Source of the DNA: Candidatus Saccharimonadota bacterium | Lineage (GTDB): Bacteria > Patescibacteriota > Patescibacteriia > 2-12-FULL-60-25 | Assembly (NCBI GenBank): GCA_023898425.1 | Contig: CP060222.1 | Location: forward strand, 870,001 to 902,000 | Direction of reading: 5' to 3' | DNA: 32,000 bases | Shown here: positions 28,098 to 32,000 of the stretch, in pieces | Numbering within the stretch: position 1 is the stretch's first letter | Layout of the letters: every line of letters begins with the position of its first letter | Program-made: the position numbers and the translations under genes | The notes under the pieces: generated by a model | What the model was told of the DNA's origin: nothing | Seen by the model: only the letters and a program-made list of their open reading frames with translations | Databases searched by the model: none

Positions 28098-29283
28098 AAC
28101 CAAGTAGTTGCTTGATATTAAACTGTGTATCCAAAATCTCTTTGGCTGTAGCATCTTTCGTTTCTTGAACCGGATTATTGTTCGCGTTTTCCCATGCTGC
28201 AGGCAATGCAATGGATAGGATACGTGCCGCCTCTGCCTTTAGGGGCGAATTTGCGTTCATCATAAGTCTCTTTAACTCTATCAACAATTGACTACGACTC
28301 ATGCCTTTCACATTCTCAGTCATGTGGTCACCGTGATGACCCAAGATAATCGTCTTTGTAAGTATGCGTGCATGTATCTCTAGCTCCCAACTTTGTTGTT
28401 GTGCTGCTAATGCGCCTATTCGTTTTAATAATGCATCACCTTCTTTTGCTGTTGTCTCTTCGCTGACGAATTTATCCATGATCTTTTCATCAATAAAAAT
28501 TGTCGTATTAATCAAAGGTACCTTGCCCTCTTTGGGATTATCAAGATATTCTCCAGGTTTTTTAGAGCCAACGTCATACCAATACGCCTTAGCAAAATCT
28601 CCTTCAGCCGTTCTCCTTAGACCACGTTTAAGCTTACTAAGATACTCGTCACGATTTGTTGTTGCATCAACACCAACTAAAGCACCTTCGCGGTCATTAT
28701 CCTCTACTGTGTAGATTAATAAACCGTCTGCGCCATTTACGGTATCGTCGATATCGCAGGAGCCGTAGGGAAATACGCTACCGTCCGCCACATCATAACG
28801 TCCATTGAGCGCACCATCTGCTGAAAACACTTCTAATATAGCAAATTCAAGTTGCCTTGGCCCTTCCTTTTTTTTGAGACTAAATCCAACCTTTTTATTT
28901 GTATGGTATTTTCTTTCTTCTTGATCAATAGTGATGCGACCTCCTGTATCATCTTGTTTCCAAGGAATCGTTCTATTCGCTATCCACCAGCGCATTATAT
29001 CCATCTGCTTTTCACGAGAAGGAATTTGCTCATCTTTTTCTGGGCCTCTCTTTGCTGGTTTTTCAGCAGCTTGTGGATCTTTTGGTTTACCTGCTCTTTT
29101 GACCACGCTTCCTTGAGTGGCAGCTGATTCTCCTCCTTTTCTTGTTCTTTTGATGACGCTACCGCCTGATCCTTTTGGTTCATCATCGATTTTTCGATCC
29201 ATTAACATGCCTCGCTCTAATGGGTTTTTCATAATTAAACATATAATACCATACTCCCTTTGTACTTGCCGTTTCGCTGCCAT
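28096..29283 (-). CDS. hypothetical protein (368-395 aa) with a basic repeat-containing N-terminus
   Basis: Long uninterrupted ORF. Likely starts are ATG 29232 or ATG 29202 (GAGG 7 nt upstream). N-terminal duplicated motif GSVIKRTRKGGE / GSVVKRAGKPKD. No TM and no catalytic motif I recognise. Confidence 0.6.
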   Translation of the reverse strand: MAAKRQVQREYGIICLIMKNPLERGMLMDRKIDDEPKGSGGSVIKRTRKGGESAATQGSVVKRAGKPKDPQAAEKPAKRGPEKDEQIPSREKQMDIMRWWIANRTIPWKQDDTGGRITIDQEERKYHTNKKVGFSLKKKEGPRQLEFAILEVFSADGALNGRYDVADGSVFPYGSCDIDDTVNGADGLLIYTVEDNDREGALVGVDATTNRDEYLSKLKRGLRRTAEGDFAKAYWYDVGSKKPGEYLDNPKEGKVPLINTTIFIDEKIMDKFVSEETTAKEGDALLKRIGALAAQQQSWELEIHARILTKTIILGHHGDHMTENVKGMSRSQLLIELKRLMMNANSPLKAEAARILSIALPAAWENANNNPVQETKDATAKEILDTQFNIKQLLG

Positions 29284-29319
29284 GAAATCCTTGTGTAAAT
29301 ATTTATGTAAACACGATAC

Positions 29320-29348
29320 TTGACATATATACCGTATTATGCTAACTA
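29320..29348 (+). promoter_or_regulatory. putative promoter reading into the GC-rich insert
   Basis: TTGACA (29320-29325), 17-nt spacer ending in TGc, TAACTA (29343-29348). It lies in AT-rich sequence just outside the GC shift. Confidence 0.45.
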
Positions 29349-29349
29349 T

Positions 29350-30340
29350 AGCTGGCGAGATTCACCAACCACCCGAATCTCAAGGAGTTCCATGGAAAAG
29401 ATTACCGTGTCCGAGGTCCCGAGTCTGAAGAGCGTCCTTACGGCTTTTGGCCGTAACGGCGAGGCGCGTAAGCGCTATCAGAAGGAGCGGCAGCGGTTTA
29501 TCCGCGAGCTCCGTCAGAACGGTCTCTTTCTCCCGAATGCGATGGCAGACAATGCCCCGCTCGAAGAGATCCAGCGCTGGGCATCCGCTCAGCTGGACCA
29601 GCCCGCCGTCGTGGCTCGCCTGCAGAGGTGGCACGACAACGAGGCGCTCTGGAAGGAGATCCTCCTCGTTCTGAAGAGGGTTCACACCCTCGAAGACGAG
29701 GCCGGCCACAAGCGGACGCGAGTCCACGGCGGTCGAGAGTCGGAGCGCAAACAGCTCGAAAAAGCGAAGGCGTTCTTGCTCAACCGTGAGCGCACCCTCA
29801 AGGGGGCTTACGGGTTTCGCACCAAGCTCGGCGCCCTGCTGAATAAGCAGGAGACCGTATTGGCGGCGGAGTAGGCGTATGGGTTGTGGGTCCCCAAAAT
29901 GACCCACGCATCGTTCAAACCAAACAAAAAAACCAAAACAAGAGGATAAAGTGAAACAGCAAACAGAAACGAATCTCCGTTCTTTGGCAATGTTCTTGGT
30001 GAAGTTGGAGCGCAACGATGCGATCTCTAGCTTGGCCGTGATGCTCACCCTGAGCGCCGTAAGCCTAGCGGCTTATGCGCTAACGGGCGACCACTCCTTC
30101 AAGGGTGTGTCGCTGGTACTGGGTGGCCTCGGTTGCTACCTCTTCTGGTACAAAAACCTGAAGCTGGACTACCGAGACGAGTGCGAGAGCAAGGCATCGC
30201 CTCGCTACAGCCGGTATCTACCGGTTCTCGCGGTTGGTGTCGTGGCGGCTTACTTTGGGGTAACCCTTTTGAGCCACCTTGGCACCGATCATCTCTTCAC
30301 CACCTTCACGAAGCTGGCGCATCTTGTGCCGGCTTCTTTT
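29350..30340. other. compositionally foreign (~60% GC) insert
   Basis: Hand-counted G+C per 60 nt: 35, 42 and 37 inside, versus 19 in the neighbouring gene. The boundaries are abrupt. Confidence 0.7.
29392..29874 (+). CDS. hypothetical basic, helical protein (160 aa) encoded in the GC-rich insert
   Basis: AGGAG 4 nt before ATG 29392. Arg/Lys/Glu-rich sequence (..RKRYQKERQRFIRELRQNG.., ..RESERKQLEKAKAFLLNRERTLKG..). G/C-ending codon usage is consistent with this frame. No family recognised. Confidence 0.6.
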   Translation: MEKITVSEVPSLKSVLTAFGRNGEARKRYQKERQRFIRELRQNGLFLPNAMADNAPLEEIQRWASAQLDQPAVVARLQRWHDNEALWKEILLVLKRVHTLEDEAGHKRTRVHGGRESERKQLEKAKAFLLNRERTLKGAYGFRTKLGALLNKQETVLAAE

Positions 30341-30373
30341 ATATCTAAAAAATTTGATTCCCTATTCTCTTGA
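29951..30373 (+). CDS. hypothetical small membrane protein (140 aa, ~3 TM) encoded in the GC-rich insert
   Basis: GTG 29951 after AGAGGA. TM segments ISSLAVMLTLSAVSLAAYAL, VSLVLGGLGCYLFWY and YLPVLAVGVVAAYFGVTLL. The 3' end overlaps convergent ruvC by 12 nt. Confidence 0.5.
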   Translation: MKQQTETNLRSLAMFLVKLERNDAISSLAVMLTLSAVSLAAYALTGDHSFKGVSLVLGGLGCYLFWYKNLKLDYRDECESKASPRYSRYLPVLAVGVVAAYFGVTLLSHLGTDHLFTTFTKLAHLVPASFISKKFDSLFS

Positions 30374-30838
30374 TTTCATTGTTGAACCAGCGATCGCGAT
30401 AGCAAGTGCATCCGCTGCATCATCTGGTTTTGGAATATCGTCCAATTTTAATATACGTTTTACCATTTCTTGTATCTGATCTTTTTTTGCTCCACCATAC
30501 CCTGCGGCAGCTTGTTTGATTTGATTTGGTGTTAACTCGATCATTGGAATACCCGCATCTGCAATCGCAAGCAAAATCACTCCTCTCCCCATTCCAACAT
30601 TGATTGCTGTTTTCGCATTGCTCGAAAAAAACAATTTTTCTACAACAACAAGATCAGGTTTTGCTTTTTCGATAATACGCTTTACTCCGTCACGCGTTTC
30701 TTGAAGACGTTGAGTAAAATCATCTTTTGATGAGGTTTGAATACAGCCATGACCAATCCAGCGAAACTCATTTTTTATCACATCAATAACGCCCCAACCC
30801 GTTCGGTCAAATCCTGGATCTATTCCGAGAATGCGCAT
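30362..30838 (-). CDS. ruvC: crossover junction endodeoxyribonuclease RuvC
   Basis: MRILGIDPGFDRTGWGVI.. (catalytic Asp), ..VVVEKLFF.., ..PNQIKQAAAGYGGAKKDQI.., ..DDAADALAIAI... The start is the internal ATG 30838. Confidence 0.9.
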   Translation of the reverse strand: MRILGIDPGFDRTGWGVIDVIKNEFRWIGHGCIQTSSKDDFTQRLQETRDGVKRIIEKAKPDLVVVEKLFFSSNAKTAINVGMGRGVILLAIADAGIPMIELTPNQIKQAAAGYGGAKKDQIQEMVKRILKLDDIPKPDDAADALAIAIAGSTMKSRE

Positions 30839-31225
30839 ACTACTGTTAAGGCTAGTGGATGAATGATTTATGGTCAACGAAGCGCTGCTCTTGGCAAGGA
30901 TTTTTTGATAGACTAAAGTCTTGTCACATCTTTGGAGAAAGGAGGTTTTATCGGAACTTACCAGCACTCTGGACATGACCAATGTCGAAAGAAATGGTTT
31001 CTACGCCCAGTGGCGCATTGCGTCGGTGGTGCCTAGCGATATTTCAAAAGCGTCAGAGCGCGTTCCGAAGAGCAGGATGTAGATACTTCCAGCACATAAT
31101 CGAAGTCTTACGGTAACACGTGAGACACGTTGAAAAAAATAAGGGGACTCCCCCTCTGGTCACGTGGATACTCTCCCGTGACCACTTTTATTTCATAGAG
31201 GGTTATTCTCAGCAAGTAACAAAAA

Positions 31226-31250
31226 ACACCCCCAAAGGGGTGTTTTTTAT
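31226..31250. terminator. terminator after rpoC (bidirectional design)
   Basis: aaaaaaCACCCCcaaaGGGGTGtttttt. Confidence 0.8.
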
Positions 31251-31258
31251 TAAGAAGA

Positions 31259-32000
31259 TTATGCTTCTTCTTTTATTTCTTCTTTTTCTTTTTCAACTTT
31301 TGTTTCTGGGTCTGCGATATCCTCTTCAGGAGCAGCAACCGGTTCTGGTTCATCACCAGAAAGATCTGCGCCGAAGCCAGTACCTGCAGGTGTTAAACGA
31401 CCGATAATCACATTTTCTTTTAGACCTTCGAGATGATCGACTTTACCATTTACGGCTGCGTCGATCAGCACGCGAGCTGTTTCCATAAAGGATGCAGCTG
31501 ACAAGAAGGACTCGGTAGAAAGTGCCACCTTGGTAATACCCATAAACAATGGGCGGAACGTTGCTGTTGTGCCTTTGCCAAGTTCGAGAAGACGTTTGTT
31601 CTCGGTTTCAACACGATAGCGATCAACAATTTGCCCTGGTAGGAGCTCGGTGTCACCAGCGTCTTTAACAAGCACACGCAAGAACATTTGACGGATGATC
31701 ACTTCAATATGCTTTGCATTTAGTTTCTGACCTTGTGATGCATAGATCGCGAGAACCTCTTTAAGAAGGTAACGCATGACCGCATCTTGGTTACGAAGTC
31801 TAAAGAGCTCTTGAAGATCAAATTGACCTTCGGTAAGCACATCACCCATAGCAACTTCTTGCCCATCTTTTACGTATAGCGTGTATCCAGAAGGGATTTC
31901 TGCCTCCCAAGCATTAATCGCTTGGTAAACAAAACGTAATTTATTTTTAACGATCGACACCACACCCTTGTTTGGAGCTGTGATTTCTTCGCCGTCAGCT
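31259..32000 (-). CDS. rpoC: DNA-directed RNA polymerase subunit beta' (C-terminal part; the gene continues beyond the window)
   Basis: The frame is open to the right edge. Conserved beta' C-terminal blocks: ..HIEVIIRQM.., ..FRPLFMGITKVALSTESFLSAASFMETARVLIDAAVNGKVDHLEGLKENVIIGRLTPAGTG... Acidic tail. Confidence 0.95.
   Translation of the reverse strand, partial: ADGEEITAPNKGVVSIVKNKLRFVYQAINAWEAEIPSGYTLYVKDGQEVAMGDVLTEGQFDLQELFRLRNQDAVMRYLLKEVLAIYASQGQKLNAKHIEVIIRQMFLRVLVKDAGDTELLPGQIVDRYRVETENKRLLELGKGTTATFRPLFMGITKVALSTESFLSAASFMETARVLIDAAVNGKVDHLEGLKENVIIGRLTPAGTGFGADLSGDEPEPVAAPEEDIADPETKVEKEKEEIKEEA

Noticed and set aside
29380-30048. 222-aa minus-strand ORF across the GC-rich insert
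   Set aside because: High GC suppresses stop codons on the antisense strand. The ORF spans the intergenic gap between the two plus-strand ORFs, has no SD or start context, and its codon third positions fit the plus-strand frames better.
31120-31407. 95-aa plus-strand ORF at the rpoC 3' end
   Set aside because: It runs through the rpoC terminator and antisense to the rpoC acidic tail. The poly-Leu/Phe sequence derives from the complement of GAA/AAG codons.

Overview
This is a roughly 40-45% GC bacterial chromosomal window. Gene content suggests a small-genome, CPR/Patescibacteria-like organism, but that is inference only. Intact housekeeping genes are rnj, trpS, a short DEAH helicase, rnpB (RNase P RNA), tRNA-Ala(UGC), ruvA, tdk, gyrA, arfB, ruvC and the 3' part of rpoC. 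Accessory genes sit between them: a CHASE2 adenylate/guanylate cyclase, DUF559, DUF2207, DoxX, FemAB, a lipoprotein and several orphans.

Four things stand out:
1. About 9 non-essential genes are broken almost only by +/-1 frameshifts. Their conceptual translations are still well conserved. The damage is densest at 13.65-16.7 kb, where three consecutive genes carry about 15 frameshifts. The long essential genes are untouched.
2. A roughly 1-kb insert at about 60% GC (29.35-30.34 kb) carries an unclassifiable pair of genes, one soluble and basic, one a small membrane protein. It is pressed against the ruvC 3' end, inside a small orphan-gene pocket between arfB and ruvC.
3. A degenerate thymidine-kinase paralog is translationally coupled (ATGA overlap) to a canonical tdk.
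4. A DUF559 endonuclease-like gene is bracketed by two similar palindromes next to rnpB.

Several genes also look leaderless, and several terminators share one sequence design. I saw no CRISPR array, rRNA, transposase or integrase. All coordinates and motif calls were made by eye from the sequence and the ORF track. No database search was run.
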